From a virus (Duplodnaviria; Caudoviricetes), in the IMG/VR virus record IMGVR_UViG_3300031974_001518, positions 1-52,081 of that record: 52,081 nucleotides of DNA, one strand, 5' to 3'. How positions within the stretch are numbered: the stretch's first letter is position 1; the number at the start of each line of letters is the position of its first letter. Under the pieces are notes generated by a model. That model was not told the origin of the DNA. It saw only the letters and a program-made list of their open reading frames with translations, and did not search any database. Position numbers and translations under genes: made by a program. Shown here piece after piece: positions 17,925 through 27,200 of this stretch.

Positions 17925-18136
17925 TTCTCCAGTTCTTTTTCTAAGCGGTTAGCGTACCATTCCGCTTTACTTATATTCATCTCGACGGTGTCTTTATCGT
18001 TTATCCGTAACAAATATTTTAACGAGTTTCCGATAAGATATCCAGTAAATTGTTCTTCCGTAAGAACAGATTTAATCACGTCGATAGCTTCAAAGTCTTT
18101 CTTCTGGTAATGCGCGGGGTTCTTCCAATCACTCAT
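17921..18136 (-). CDS. DUF3310-like protein (T7 gp1.7-like nucleotide kinase family)
   Basis: NPAHY...EAIDVI...GNSLKYLLR...KAEWY. Confidence 0.75.
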   Translation of the reverse strand: MSDWKNPAHYQKKDFEAIDVIKSVLTEEQFTGYLIGNSLKYLLRINDKDTVEMNISKAEWYANRLEKELEK

Positions 18137-18519
18137 TGTAAGTTACCGAAGTTCGCCATGATCACATTACCCTCCATCGACTTGATGCGTTCCTTATGTT
18201 CCGGCTTCAGGTCTTCTTCTGGGACGACTTCACCGAGTGCTTCCAACGTAACCCTCTCCAATCCCATGTCGTACACGTCGTCGAAGTGCTCGTGGAGTGC
18301 CCCAAGTAATCCTTGAAGGACCACATAAGTCGGGTCCAGACCACTTTCATCATCATCTTCCATCTTAAAATCTTTAGTTGCGTATGCGCGGACAGCAAAA
18401 CCATCCTCGTCTTCATCTTCACTTTCAACTGGCTCCAATACAATGTAGTACCGCCCTTTCAGTAGGCCGGCTTGTTCGAGGGCAATCAATTTGTCTTGAT
18501 CTAGGGTTAAGTCTGTCAT
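18133..18519 (-). CDS. Hypothetical acidic protein
   Basis: Coupled to neighbouring genes; ends with an NVIMANF motif. Confidence 0.55.
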   Translation of the reverse strand: MTDLTLDQDKLIALEQAGLLKGRYYIVLEPVESEDEDEDGFAVRAYATKDFKMEDDDESGLDPTYVVLQGLLGALHEHFDDVYDMGLERVTLEALGEVVPEEDLKPEHKERIKSMEGNVIMANFGNLQ

Positions 18520-18899
18520 GCTTTCTTCTCCAACCACTCCAGTGGTATTGTCTTGTCTGCCCAGAGGATACCATGCTTATCACACCATGATCCATAGGTC
18601 GTCTTACTAGAACGGTTCAGTTTGTTTGATGCTCGCAAGAAAAGCATCCGTATGTCGCAAAACATATTCTGCTTAATCACCAACAACATCTTCTGTCGGT
18701 CCGCAGGACTGAAGAACCCTTTGGCTTCCACGTAGATGTCTTGTTCCGGCAGGTAAAAGTCCGGGGTATAAGTCTTGAGTTTCGGTTGGTACGAGAGCTT
18801 TTCAGACTCATACTCGTACTTAACTCCTTGTTCTGCAAGGTATTTTGCTACACTCAATTCGTAATCCGAGCGGAACTTATGGCGTTGTGGTTTACTCAT
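18516..18899 (-). CDS. T7 endonuclease I-like Holliday junction resolvase
   Basis: FRSDYE...YTPDF...VEAKGFF...DRQKM...TYGSWCDKHG. Confidence 0.85.
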   Translation of the reverse strand: MSKPQRHKFRSDYELSVAKYLAEQGVKYEYESEKLSYQPKLKTYTPDFYLPEQDIYVEAKGFFSPADRQKMLLVIKQNMFCDIRMLFLRASNKLNRSSKTTYGSWCDKHGILWADKTIPLEWLEKKA

Positions 18900-19267
18900 A
18901 ACTTTGCAAGCCCCTGTATCGATTGAGAAATTCTATCAGCTAATTTTGGGCTAGTATTTAGCAACCTATCCAAGGCGATACTATACTCATCCCCCGGAAA
19001 GATTAAGACACGCCCCTGCCGAACCGCTTCATTAATCCTTTGATGTTCCGCACTAAACGTACGGGAGTCTCTCTCGAAGGTTTCGTGAGATAGCGAAGTC
19101 CCAAAATGGGACCACATCGTAAGTGGTAACGCTCTCTCGAAGTTCCGAGCCCATCTTACCCAAGGGTCGCCCGCACTCTTGTCTGCCGCTTCAACGTAAA
19201 CTGCGTGAGCTCCCTCATTCAGATACAGAAGCTGACGGTCCACTTTCTGTGTCATCAGAAGGGGCAT
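18896..19267 (-). CDS. Hypothetical protein
   Basis: ORF coupled to the endonuclease gene; likely start MPLLMTQK. Confidence 0.5.
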   Translation of the reverse strand: MPLLMTQKVDRQLLYLNEGAHAVYVEAADKSAGDPWVRWARNFERALPLTMWSHFGTSLSHETFERDSRTFSAEHQRINEAVRQGRVLIFPGDEYSIALDRLLNTSPKLADRISQSIQGLAKL

Positions 19268-19544
19268 CTTTATCCTCCACAACAATTCTTCGGAGAGTCG
19301 CCAAACCCTCTGCCTTTATGCCGAGACCGTAGTCCTGACACTCGAGTTGACAAAAGAGTTTACCCCTCTTGTAGGTCATGTCCCCTACTTGATAGATTGT
19401 TGAGGGTAATACCCCCTCCAACATCGGACGTAGCTCATCAATAACCATCGTGTTGTGCCGCTCTACGTCCTTCATGATGCGGTCCTTGAGTTTTAAAATC
19501 TTACCCTGTAGCTCGACTACCTTCTTGATATCTGCTGTCTTCAT
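19215..19544 (-). CDS. Hypothetical protein
   Basis: 109 aa; ATGA coupling with the exonuclease gene. Confidence 0.55.
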   Translation of the reverse strand: MKTADIKKVVELQGKILKLKDRIMKDVERHNTMVIDELRPMLEGVLPSTIYQVGDMTYKRGKLFCQLECQDYGLGIKAEGLATLRRIVVEDKDAPSDDTESGPSASVSE

Positions 19545-20425
19545 ATTTCCTTAACCTTCAATGTGTGATACCAGACGACAGGTTTGTTCTTTGCCCGAGA
19601 GGTTACCTTCTCGTGCTGTACAGCCTTCGGCCAACAGTGCTTACGGTAACCGCAAAACGTACAGTTCTTACTCAAGAGTTTATTCCCCGTAAAAATCCTT
19701 TCACCCTGCAAGGTAAAGGCTTCATCAACGGGCTCTATCGGCGGCTTCTTGTATTTAAAGTTGGACATCAAGGCTTCAACAACTTTACCAGCTTCAGAGA
19801 TGTAATGATCCCTGTCTTCTTGCTGGTCGTCCGGGGCTTGAACAAACTGGATTTCGCCACTCGACTTATCCACAACGATCCACCCGCCGAAGTCTTTACC
19901 CTTTGACTCTGCGTACAGGTGTCCCTGCATGAGGTAGCCGAAGGGGTCGTCTTCTTTAAGATTATCGTAACCTTTACTAAACTTTTGTGCGTAGGAGTAC
20001 GGGCTAGCAGACTTAACGTCCCAGACCTTCTCTCCGTCCACAGGATCGTCGATAATTAAATCGAGGGTACCCTGTACCGTTTCACCTCCAACGTCTAACT
20101 GACACTTTCCCTGTGCCTCTACGATCTTTACACCGGCACCCTTGAGGATCGCCATCACGGCACACTCCACAAGATCCCCGATGAGAAAGCGTAGGATAGC
20201 GTTGTAAGTCATCTCCTCATCTTTACCATCACGTCCATGTATCTGTTGACAGAGAGGCCGTCCTAGCCCGCTCATACGTATCCGCCATTCCGGGTTACGG
20301 TCAAATTGTTTTTCGAGTGCCTCTCGACATTCCTGTGCAAACTCCTCAAGCACAGAAGGGGAAAGCGATGCTTCCCCCCTCGTGGCCGCTTGAAGGAAGT
20401 TCTTAACTTGAACTTCCGCCAGCAT
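19541..20425 (-). CDS. PD-(D/E)XK (Cas4/RecB-like) exonuclease
   Basis: RMSGLGRPLCQ, GTLDL...WDVKS, GYLMQGHLY and CTFCGYRKHCW. Confidence 0.8.
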   Translation of the reverse strand: MLAEVQVKNFLQAATRGEASLSPSVLEEFAQECREALEKQFDRNPEWRIRMSGLGRPLCQQIHGRDGKDEEMTYNAILRFLIGDLVECAVMAILKGAGVKIVEAQGKCQLDVGGETVQGTLDLIIDDPVDGEKVWDVKSASPYSYAQKFSKGYDNLKEDDPFGYLMQGHLYAESKGKDFGGWIVVDKSSGEIQFVQAPDDQQEDRDHYISEAGKVVEALMSNFKYKKPPIEPVDEAFTLQGERIFTGNKLLSKNCTFCGYRKHCWPKAVQHEKVTSRAKNKPVVWYHTLKVKEI

Positions 20426-21261
20426 CAGTTAAAGTCTGCCGCTAAGTCAACTTCCTCTTCACTAACCTTACTCTTAACAGCCTCCTTGTGCTGTTCGAGG
20501 ATGTTCGCGTTAGACGCCTTTACTGTCTCGAGGAACATAGTCATCGTCTCCATCGTCGCATCGTTCATCGGGATAGTTTCTTTTTGCGTAAACACAGGAG
20601 TGAAGTAAGTTACACTGCCCATCTTGTTACGCTTAGTTGTTAGTTCAAACACAACCTCATTCATGAGAGTGTTCTTACCTAAACGCTCAATCGCCTCACG
20701 AGCAGGGCGGAAGCCGGACCGCTTGAAGTAAGTCATGACCGGATAGTTTTCGATCTTAACCTCCATACCTTCCGCTGTTTTGCCTGTCATTGTGATCAAG
20801 GCGTAAAACACCTGATTACACGTCGCAAGGCGAGAAGCCAAAGTCTTAGGGTGCTTATCCCCTAGCTCTTCCTCCTCTGACTTAGATAAGCGGCCGCACT
20901 TGTTTCCACCTGTGATGTCAGGAAACTGAAAGTCCAATGATGGTGCTTGGACAGAACGAGAAGAAAACTTACCCTCTTCCTGATCCCACACACTCCACTC
21001 ATACGTACGCAATAACGGACGGAACTCTACAGTGTCTGCGTAAACAAACTCTCCATCGTAGTAAACCTTCCACGCACCTTTCTTGAGGGTTTGACCTTCG
21101 TCAGTCTCAGTGTCGTAGTTAATGTTGAGCCGAGATAATCCCATTTTGGGAGTATCGTCTGCTGTTTGTCCAGACAGTTTCATCAGACCTTCACGGTCTC
21201 CTGACTTGACTGCCGCCAGCATTCCATCGAATGCATTATCCGTTACGCTCAATTCGCCCAT
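20425..21261 (-). CDS. Putative single-stranded DNA-binding protein
   Basis: Start MGELSV with AAGGAG Shine-Dalgarno; located between polymerase and exonuclease; acidic C-terminus ending DFN. Confidence 0.55.
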   Translation of the reverse strand: MGELSVTDNAFDGMLAAVKSGDREGLMKLSGQTADDTPKMGLSRLNINYDTETDEGQTLKKGAWKVYYDGEFVYADTVEFRPLLRTYEWSVWDQEEGKFSSRSVQAPSLDFQFPDITGGNKCGRLSKSEEEELGDKHPKTLASRLATCNQVFYALITMTGKTAEGMEVKIENYPVMTYFKRSGFRPAREAIERLGKNTLMNEVVFELTTKRNKMGSVTYFTPVFTQKETIPMNDATMETMTMFLETVKASNANILEQHKEAVKSKVSEEEVDLAADFN

Positions 21262-21271
21262 TACGCTCTCC

Positions 21272-22816
21272 TTAGTTTGCGTAGACAACTTCGGTGTCCA
21301 ACCAATTGGACCCCATCTTACACTCGACTGAGATTGGCATATCATATTCCACACCATACCTCCGCCGACACTCTTCGGGTAGAGACATCATTGCCTCAAC
21401 CACGAGGGTAGTACAAGTATCCTCCTCTCCGGGGAATACGTCAAGTACAATACTATCATGAACCGTGTTACATATAACACTTTTTAAGTCCTTAGATTTC
21501 ATAGACTTATGCAACTTTACTAAGGCGATTGGTAGGAGATCACCTGTTGCGAAACCCTGAACAGGGTAGTTGCATATGGAGGTGCGGTTGGTTGCCGTCC
21601 CCCATTCAGTCCATGTCGTTCCGGGGAAGGCGTATTGTCTTCCTGACGGTAGCGTAATAAACCCCTTCTCGACAGCTTCACTCTGTAGCTTGTCGTGCCA
21701 ATCCGCTACCCCAGCATACTTCTCTTTAAAAGCCCGGTAGTATCGCTGTTGGTCAGGAGTACCTGTGGTACCCCCATAAAGAGGTTTAAAGGTGTGTGCC
21801 TTAGCATCTTGGCGGGAACACCCAATAATCTCAGCAGTAACAGTGTGTACATCTGTCTTGTTCTCCACGTCGTGGTATGCCTGCGGGTCGTTGGCTAGGA
21901 ATCCGGCAACTCGGAACTCGAGTTGTCCGTAGTCAGCCTCGAGGATTTTCCCTCCCTCAAAACGAGAGACCATTGCTTTTCTGATAGCAAACGTAGATCC
22001 TCGGGGCATATTTTGGAAGTTGGGGTTACGAGAACTGAGTCGTCCTGTAGCCGTGACACATTGCATGAAGTCCGGATGAACGATGTCGTTTCCATCTCGA
22101 TTGTTTTTGAGCCCTTCGACGAAAGTAGAGAGATAAGTTCGTAGTGCATTATATCGGGAGTATGACTCTGCAAACTCTCGGGCGTCTCCAGAAAGCTCAG
22201 TGAGGCGTTCTTTAAGTGTCTCGTGGTCTGTCTTGAACCCTGCGGCCGCTGTGTCCCACGCATCACGCGGGATAATTTTGAAACCGGCGATTTCTTTAGT
22301 CTTCGCATAGATTACTCCATCGCCTCCACAGGACTTACATATCCGTACGGCTTTACCTTCCGTACCATCTTTCTTCGTGACTCTCTTACGGCCGGCTCCC
22401 TTGCAGGGCACACAGCGGGTCGCCATCGTTTTGTGGAGTATCTCGCATTCGTCTTTTACGATGTGCGAGAATTCGCCTTTGCTGTACTTTGTACGCTTCT
22501 TCGGCTTACGGGTAGATCCCCGTAACTCTGATCCCAAGTTGAAGATTGATGCCCAACGCTTCTTGTCCCTGACTTTACGGGAGTAGAACAACATCGAGCG
22601 GTCGTCGGCACTGTTGAGGTTGACAGGGGTATCCCCCATCGCGGCCTCAGCCATGCGCTGTAACTTGACCTCGAGGGCGTTCATCTCATCCCGGTATTCT
22701 TTCTCAATCTCAGCGAGGACACTGGGGTCAATCTTTATCCCTGTCCGTTCCAAGCTCGATAAGACTTCTGTCATCTGTAGGGAAAGCTTTAAAGTTGATA
22801 CAAGTTTCGATGCCAT
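21272..22816 (-). CDS. polA: DNA polymerase family A, polymerase part with inserted DnaJ-type zinc finger
   Basis: TATGRLSSRNPNFQN; motif A EADYGQLEFR; motif B RQDAKAHTFKPLYG; motif C TVHDSIV; CVPCKGAG and CKSCGGDG repeats. Confidence 0.92.
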   Translation of the reverse strand: MASKLVSTLKLSLQMTEVLSSLERTGIKIDPSVLAEIEKEYRDEMNALEVKLQRMAEAAMGDTPVNLNSADDRSMLFYSRKVRDKKRWASIFNLGSELRGSTRKPKKRTKYSKGEFSHIVKDECEILHKTMATRCVPCKGAGRKRVTKKDGTEGKAVRICKSCGGDGVIYAKTKEIAGFKIIPRDAWDTAAAGFKTDHETLKERLTELSGDAREFAESYSRYNALRTYLSTFVEGLKNNRDGNDIVHPDFMQCVTATGRLSSRNPNFQNMPRGSTFAIRKAMVSRFEGGKILEADYGQLEFRVAGFLANDPQAYHDVENKTDVHTVTAEIIGCSRQDAKAHTFKPLYGGTTGTPDQQRYYRAFKEKYAGVADWHDKLQSEAVEKGFITLPSGRQYAFPGTTWTEWGTATNRTSICNYPVQGFATGDLLPIALVKLHKSMKSKDLKSVICNTVHDSIVLDVFPGEEDTCTTLVVEAMMSLPEECRRRYGVEYDMPISVECKMGSNWLDTEVVYAN

Positions 22817-23030
22817 AGGCTTTGATCTCTCTCTCGAGGGCTTCGGAGCATATCTCCCCAGCCATGTTTGCGTTTAATCCTTCGAGCATACCATTGTAGT
22901 ACTCGACTGTCGTTAGGTCGTCGTCCATGTCAGCTTCGCACTTCAGGAACTCCACCAACTTAACGGCAGATTCTAAGGTTACCCCGCCGAGTAGTCCTCG
23001 GTCAATCATCGGTTTCTTATTCATCCACAT
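22728..23030 (-). CDS. Hypothetical protein (inside the polymerase split)
   Basis: 100 aa with GAGG Shine-Dalgarno; overlaps the polymerase start by 89 nt. Confidence 0.5.
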   Translation of the reverse strand: MWMNKKPMIDRGLLGGVTLESAVKLVEFLKCEADMDDDLTTVEYYNGMLEGLNANMAGEICSEALEREIKAYGIETCINFKAFPTDDRSLIELGTDRDKD

Positions 23031-23268
23031 CTGCCTCGTCTTTCCTCAGGGAAGGGTCAAGAGAATACTCATCGTTATCCTTGTCAATGGCCTTCTCGAG
23101 TAAGGATACTAGCCCGATCTCCACGAGAAGTCGAGTCGCTTCCGGGGTTGTATCGATCTTGAATGTTGCAGAGCCATCTTCGTGCTCTACCATGTCACTC
23201 ACTCCGATGAGTGCGTCTGTTCCTAAGTCTTTCATACTAAAGTCCTCTTCATAAATTCCACCACACAC
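23017..23268 (-). CDS. Hypothetical protein (EHEDGSAT motif)
   Basis: AGGAG Shine-Dalgarno; VEHEDGSATF motif. Confidence 0.55.
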   Translation of the reverse strand: MCGGIYEEDFSMKDLGTDALIGVSDMVEHEDGSATFKIDTTPEATRLLVEIGLVSLLEKAIDKDNDEYSLDPSLRKDEADVDE

Positions 23269-23300
23269 GGTTTATCTCCTACGAGTTTTGCATAGATATA

Positions 23301-23492
23301 CTATGCATCTTTTTCAAAGTCATACGGGATCACATACCCTGCCGCACGTAGGAAGTTGTGGAACTCAGCCGTCGCCTCATCCCATGTGACATCATGACCC
23401 AATGTCATGGTCACGCTCTCCACAGCAGGCGGATCAAAAGTTATACCCCAATCAGCATCAGGTGCCCGCGGTTTGTATTCAAACTTAATCAT
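23301..23492 (-). CDS. Hypothetical protein
   Basis: AGGAG Shine-Dalgarno; F..FLRAAGY motif common in small phage proteins. Confidence 0.6.
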   Translation of the reverse strand: MIKFEYKPRAPDADWGITFDPPAVESVTMTLGHDVTWDEATAEFHNFLRAAGYVIPYDFEKDA

Positions 23493-23505
23493 GTCTCACT
23501 CCTAA

Positions 23506-23787
23506 TTAATAATACCCCATTGCTCTACCGAACCCAAACAGGCTAATGCAGGAAAAGTACGTAGTCAACAACATGACCCAAGCTAACCCCCTACGCCAGT
23601 TCGCATATGACTGTACGACTGCACCCACAAAAGCGATTGGGTACACGTATCTCATGTCAGGATCACTGGCATTGATCGCTAAGTACATGCTCGCAGTCAC
23701 TGCAAGAATCAGCCCTACCAACTCACACCAGAAAGATACCCTGTCATTCTTGTAGGTGTTCCTCCAGAACTCAGCGATGCTTGGCAC
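23506..23787 (-). CDS. Small 3-TM membrane protein
   Basis: Three hydrophobic helices in 93 aa. Confidence 0.6.
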   Translation of the reverse strand: MPSIAEFWRNTYKNDRVSFWCELVGLILAVTASMYLAINASDPDMRYVYPIAFVGAVVQSYANWRRGLAWVMLLTTYFSCISLFGFGRAMGYY

Positions 23788-24073
23788 TTGTAGTCTTACC
23801 CCACGGTTTAGTGATCATCCAATGCCCGCATGATACTGGCCCTGCCCACTGCTTGTCAAAGGACAGTAGCTTAGTTGATTTGGGTCTGCCCCCGTAGCAT
23901 AGGTGCATTCGTTTCTCGATGCCTAGTTCTTTCGCGTGTCTTGACACAAACATACTGATTGTAGATCGGTTACGGTTCAGTGTCTCCGCAATCTCTACGG
24001 AGGGGCGGTCTGCCTTCCACATAGTAACCAGAGTATCTATTTCTTTCTTAGACCACTTATCATGCTTCGCCAT
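23771..24073 (-). CDS. GcrA-like / HTH DNA-binding protein
   Basis: WSKKEIDTLVTMW...SVEIAETLNRNRSTI resembles the GcrA/Myb-like N-terminal HTH. Confidence 0.6.
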   Translation of the reverse strand: MAKHDKWSKKEIDTLVTMWKADRPSVEIAETLNRNRSTISMFVSRHAKELGIEKRMHLCYGGRPKSTKLLSFDKQWAGPVSCGHWMITKPWGKTTSAKHR

Positions 24074-24614
24074 ACAATTCTTCCCACGTTGTTTGATACT
24101 TCTCCCTTACCTGTTTATCAGCCACCTCCCATGTCGCCTGTACGTCCGCTATGCCGTACTCCTCTACGATCTCCCACGGTATCTGCGCGAATGTCTTGCC
24201 GCTCTTGAGATAATCCGTCGTAAGGTCTTTCTTCTTTTCAGTAACCTCATACCTTTTAGCGAGGGCATCGAGGGAGAGCGGCCACTTACGTGCTCTCGCA
24301 AGGAGGTACTCAGCCACCATAGTATCGTAGACAGGTCCATCATACTTAAATCCACACTCCTTTATCCAGTTGAGGTCGAACTTCACGTTGTGGCCGACGA
24401 TAACGTCAGCAACGCGCAAAGCCTCTCTAAACTCTTCAATCTTGTCGTAGTCTTGATCGTGTTCATCGTGGTGGACAAACGCATACTTGACAGGTTCATT
24501 GGACACCTTCCACCCGATGCTCACCAAATGATTACCAAAATAGGGAAGTGGTGTATACCCACCATTGGGTTTTGGCTTGTGGGTTGTCTCCACGTCAAAC
24601 GTGAGAATGTTCAC
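24060..24614 (-). CDS. 3'-5' proofreading exonuclease (detached N-terminal domain of PolA)
   Basis: ExoI FDVET, ExoII GHNVKFD, YDTMVAEY, ExoIII EYGIADV. Confidence 0.88.
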   Translation of the reverse strand: MNILTFDVETTHKPKPNGGYTPLPYFGNHLVSIGWKVSNEPVKYAFVHHDEHDQDYDKIEEFREALRVADVIVGHNVKFDLNWIKECGFKYDGPVYDTMVAEYLLARARKWPLSLDALAKRYEVTEKKKDLTTDYLKSGKTFAQIPWEIVEEYGIADVQATWEVADKQVREKYQTTWEELYGEA

Positions 24615-25102
24615 TGAATCACCTCCATCTCTATTAGACGTTCGATGACCTTGTCTGCCGCCGCTCGAATCTTAATCGCTTCTTCCTCAGTTTCGGAGCA
24701 ACCTAGGTGGATATTTTTACGCCCGAGCTTAACTGAAGAGAACCACTTATCATGTGTCTTGTGGTAGTACACCCCTTTAGCGGTGTCACGAGATGTGGAG
24801 CGGTTCAACCCTTGAAGCAGGCCGGATGCCCAACGGCAATTTTCTTTGGTGTAGTTTTTAGAGCTATCGATACGGTCGAGCGTGAGTCCGTATTCTTCAC
24901 AGTACCCCATATCTTCGACAAAGTTATCGAAGGACTCGAGCCAACGATCACAGACCACAATCCCTTTCGCTTTGTAGTAGGGGTATATCACGGGCTGATC
25001 TGAAGTGCACCGGCTCTTCATGTTGTGGTACGCCTGATAGGTACGCAAACGAGGGTTCTCACTCTTTGGTATGGACCAGTCAATGTTTGTCTTGTTAGGC
25101 AT
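24611..25102 (-). CDS. HNH homing endonuclease with C-terminal AP2-like domain
   Basis: MKSRC...VCDRW...F..DMG...TLDRID...NY..ENCRWA, then KGVYY...KW...HLG..ETEEEA. Confidence 0.8.
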   Translation of the reverse strand: MPNKTNIDWSIPKSENPRLRTYQAYHNMKSRCTSDQPVIYPYYKAKGIVVCDRWLESFDNFVEDMGYCEEYGLTLDRIDSSKNYTKENCRWASGLLQGLNRSTSRDTAKGVYYHKTHDKWFSSVKLGRKNIHLGCSETEEEAIKIRAAADKVIERLIEMEVIQ

Positions 25103-26405
25103 CGTAGTCTTCCTCTGTTGGTTGAGCCACAGGCTCTTGGTTCTCAGGTGGTACGACAATCACGGTATTGTTCTTTTCGTACACTGCCCGATACATGTCG
25201 AGCTCACATGGTAGGGTGCCATGCCAGCCGTTCTGTTTGTTCTTCGAGATACAGATGTACCTCTTAGTATTCTCGGGGGATCGGTCACCTGTGCGGCCGA
25301 TGCCGATAATCAAGTCAGCCTCTCCCGCCTTACCTGTCTTGGAGTTGTCGAGGTACTGGTACTCCACGTGCATCATAGACTCTGCCTCTGCCGATGCCTG
25401 TGACACACCCCACACTAAGCACTTGTTTCTCTTAGCAATTTCTCGGGCTTGCAGGTAGATCTCCTTGAGCTTCTCATCGCCACGGTTGTACTTACCTGCG
25501 ATCTTCACTTTGTCTAACTGGTCAATGAATACGATGTCCGGCTTGTTAATCGTGCACCAGTCATCAATCTCCTGAATGGTCGTTCCAACGCAGTCGAGAA
25601 CATGCAAACGGCTACCGATCTCGCTATGCCATGCTTCCGCATACTTAACACGCCCTTCGTTGAGTTCTTTCCGCGTAGCTTTAAAATGACTCTGGATGAT
25701 GCGTAGTTTAGTTCTGACAGCCGGCTCCTCGTTGCCCCAAACCGCAACGGTAAGCCCTTGCTCGAGGAACTTCTTAGCGAGAAAAGATACGAACGTAGTC
25801 TTGCCGGTTTCCGGTCGCGCAAAGATGATTCCAAAATGTCCCCGATCCAACCCCGGAATGTAGCCGGAGAGCGGTTCCCAGTCGAATGGAAAATCAGGTT
25901 CCAACGTAAGGGAGTCCAGAAGCTCTTCGAGCCCCATGTCCACCTCCGTGTACGTCGTCTTCTCGCCAATCGAATCCTCCGCTGTACTCTCAATGAGTCG
26001 CTTGAGTTCTCCAAAGTTTTTCTCCTTACCGAGGAATATGTCAACAGACAACTGCGATATCATACGAGCGCGATTACGCATCCATAAATCACGTATCACA
26101 TTCTCTTGTAAATCTGTGTTGGTACCGATCTCATCGTTGAGGCTCTCAAAAAGCTCCCAGTGCCGTAGTCGAGTACTGTCTGGCATGGCGGGGTACAAGG
26201 AGTCAAAAAAAGCTTGTAGCTCGGCTCCTGTGATGTCTGACTTATATTTTGCATGAGCAGTGACGAGGGCTTGCCAGATGGTTGCCCACTCCCCCTCAAA
26301 CATGTCCTTCGTGAGGATGTTCTTTACACGGTCATAACATTCTGTGCGTAAACAGAACGAGATGATCTTATTCTCCAAGCATTGCTGATCTAATGAGTGA
26401 TCCAC
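25095..26405 (-). CDS. DnaB-like (SF4) replicative helicase
   Basis: Walker A ARPETGKT; IVFIDQLDK; VWGVSQA; SKTGKAGEAD; SKNKQNG. Confidence 0.9.
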   Translation of the reverse strand: MDHSLDQQCLENKIISFCLRTECYDRVKNILTKDMFEGEWATIWQALVTAHAKYKSDITGAELQAFFDSLYPAMPDSTRLRHWELFESLNDEIGTNTDLQENVIRDLWMRNRARMISQLSVDIFLGKEKNFGELKRLIESTAEDSIGEKTTYTEVDMGLEELLDSLTLEPDFPFDWEPLSGYIPGLDRGHFGIIFARPETGKTTFVSFLAKKFLEQGLTVAVWGNEEPAVRTKLRIIQSHFKATRKELNEGRVKYAEAWHSEIGSRLHVLDCVGTTIQEIDDWCTINKPDIVFIDQLDKVKIAGKYNRGDEKLKEIYLQAREIAKRNKCLVWGVSQASAEAESMMHVEYQYLDNSKTGKAGEADLIIGIGRTGDRSPENTKRYICISKNKQNGWHGTLPCELDMYRAVYEKNNTVIVVPPENQEPVAQPTEEDYDA

Positions 26406-27159
26406 GTTCAGTATCTCCTAATGACTTTAAGTCTTTATCCAGCATCAAGATGCCAGTGGGCACGAGAGTATTCAAGGCTCGCATGTATGTCAAGGCTTTG
26501 TCTGTTGCGTCTTTATCGAGAGCAACAATCACACGCTTGAACTTGGTGAGGTCTGCGATGTGTTCGTCACGTAGGCTTGTCCCTAACAAGGCGTACCCTG
26601 TACACCAGTCACTGATGCTGATGGCTGACGGTATGTCTTCTACGACGAAGACTGTGTCAGACGTGCCAATCTTGAAGCCCCCACGGTAGTTACCGTAGCG
26701 ATACCACTTGGGGCGGGCATTGATAAGGGTACGTCCTGCACCGTCCACAAGCCTACCATCATTGTCCCGTATTGCGTACACCAGTCTCTTATGTCGAACA
26801 TCGTAGTAAATGTCGTCATATCTTCCGGATGTGTTTACGCTGTCAACATACTCCAAACCCTTCTGTGAGATCTGACGTGACCACGACTTAGGCTTCTCGA
26901 AGGGGACGTTTGGACATGGGGTTGTCTTTTTATGTCCCTTATCAGTAACAATGGACAGTATGTTGTCCACATTGTTGCGGGTGACACGACGGTCAGTCCG
27001 CCCCCTCTCTGCACACTCAGCATGGAAACAATTCCACATGAGCTCACCGTTGGTGTTTGTCGCGGAGAATGTGTTCTTATGTCCACACGAGGGACAGTTC
27101 ATCCTGCGGGACTCGCCATCGAAAAGTCCGAGGGACTCGACGTATTCTCTGATGTACAT
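26368..27159 (-). CDS. DNA primase (zinc finger plus TOPRIM)
   Basis: CPSC...CFHAEC zinc ribbon; VVED, ALLGT and ALDKDA TOPRIM motifs; GAGGAGG Shine-Dalgarno. Confidence 0.88.
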   Translation of the reverse strand: MYIREYVESLGLFDGESRRMNCPSCGHKNTFSATNTNGELMWNCFHAECAERGRTDRRVTRNNVDNILSIVTDKGHKKTTPCPNVPFEKPKSWSRQISQKGLEYVDSVNTSGRYDDIYYDVRHKRLVYAIRDNDGRLVDGAGRTLINARPKWYRYGNYRGGFKIGTSDTVFVVEDIPSAISISDWCTGYALLGTSLRDEHIADLTKFKRVIVALDKDATDKALTYMRALNTLVPTGILMLDKDLKSLGDTERGSLIRSAMLGE

Positions 27160-27200
27160 GGGCTAAAAGCCTCCTCAATGTTTTAGTGATCGGAAAAAAG

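Noticed and set aside
21262-21357. N-terminal extension of the SSB ORF overlapping polA
   Set aside because: A strong AAGGAG Shine-Dalgarno supports the start at 21261 instead.
22817-24059. Self-splicing intron, intein or ribosomal bypass joining the polymerase halves
   Set aside because: The gap is filled with ordinary ORFs, several with clear Shine-Dalgarno sites; no intron core or intein termini were recognised, and 1.2 kb is far beyond known bypass distances.
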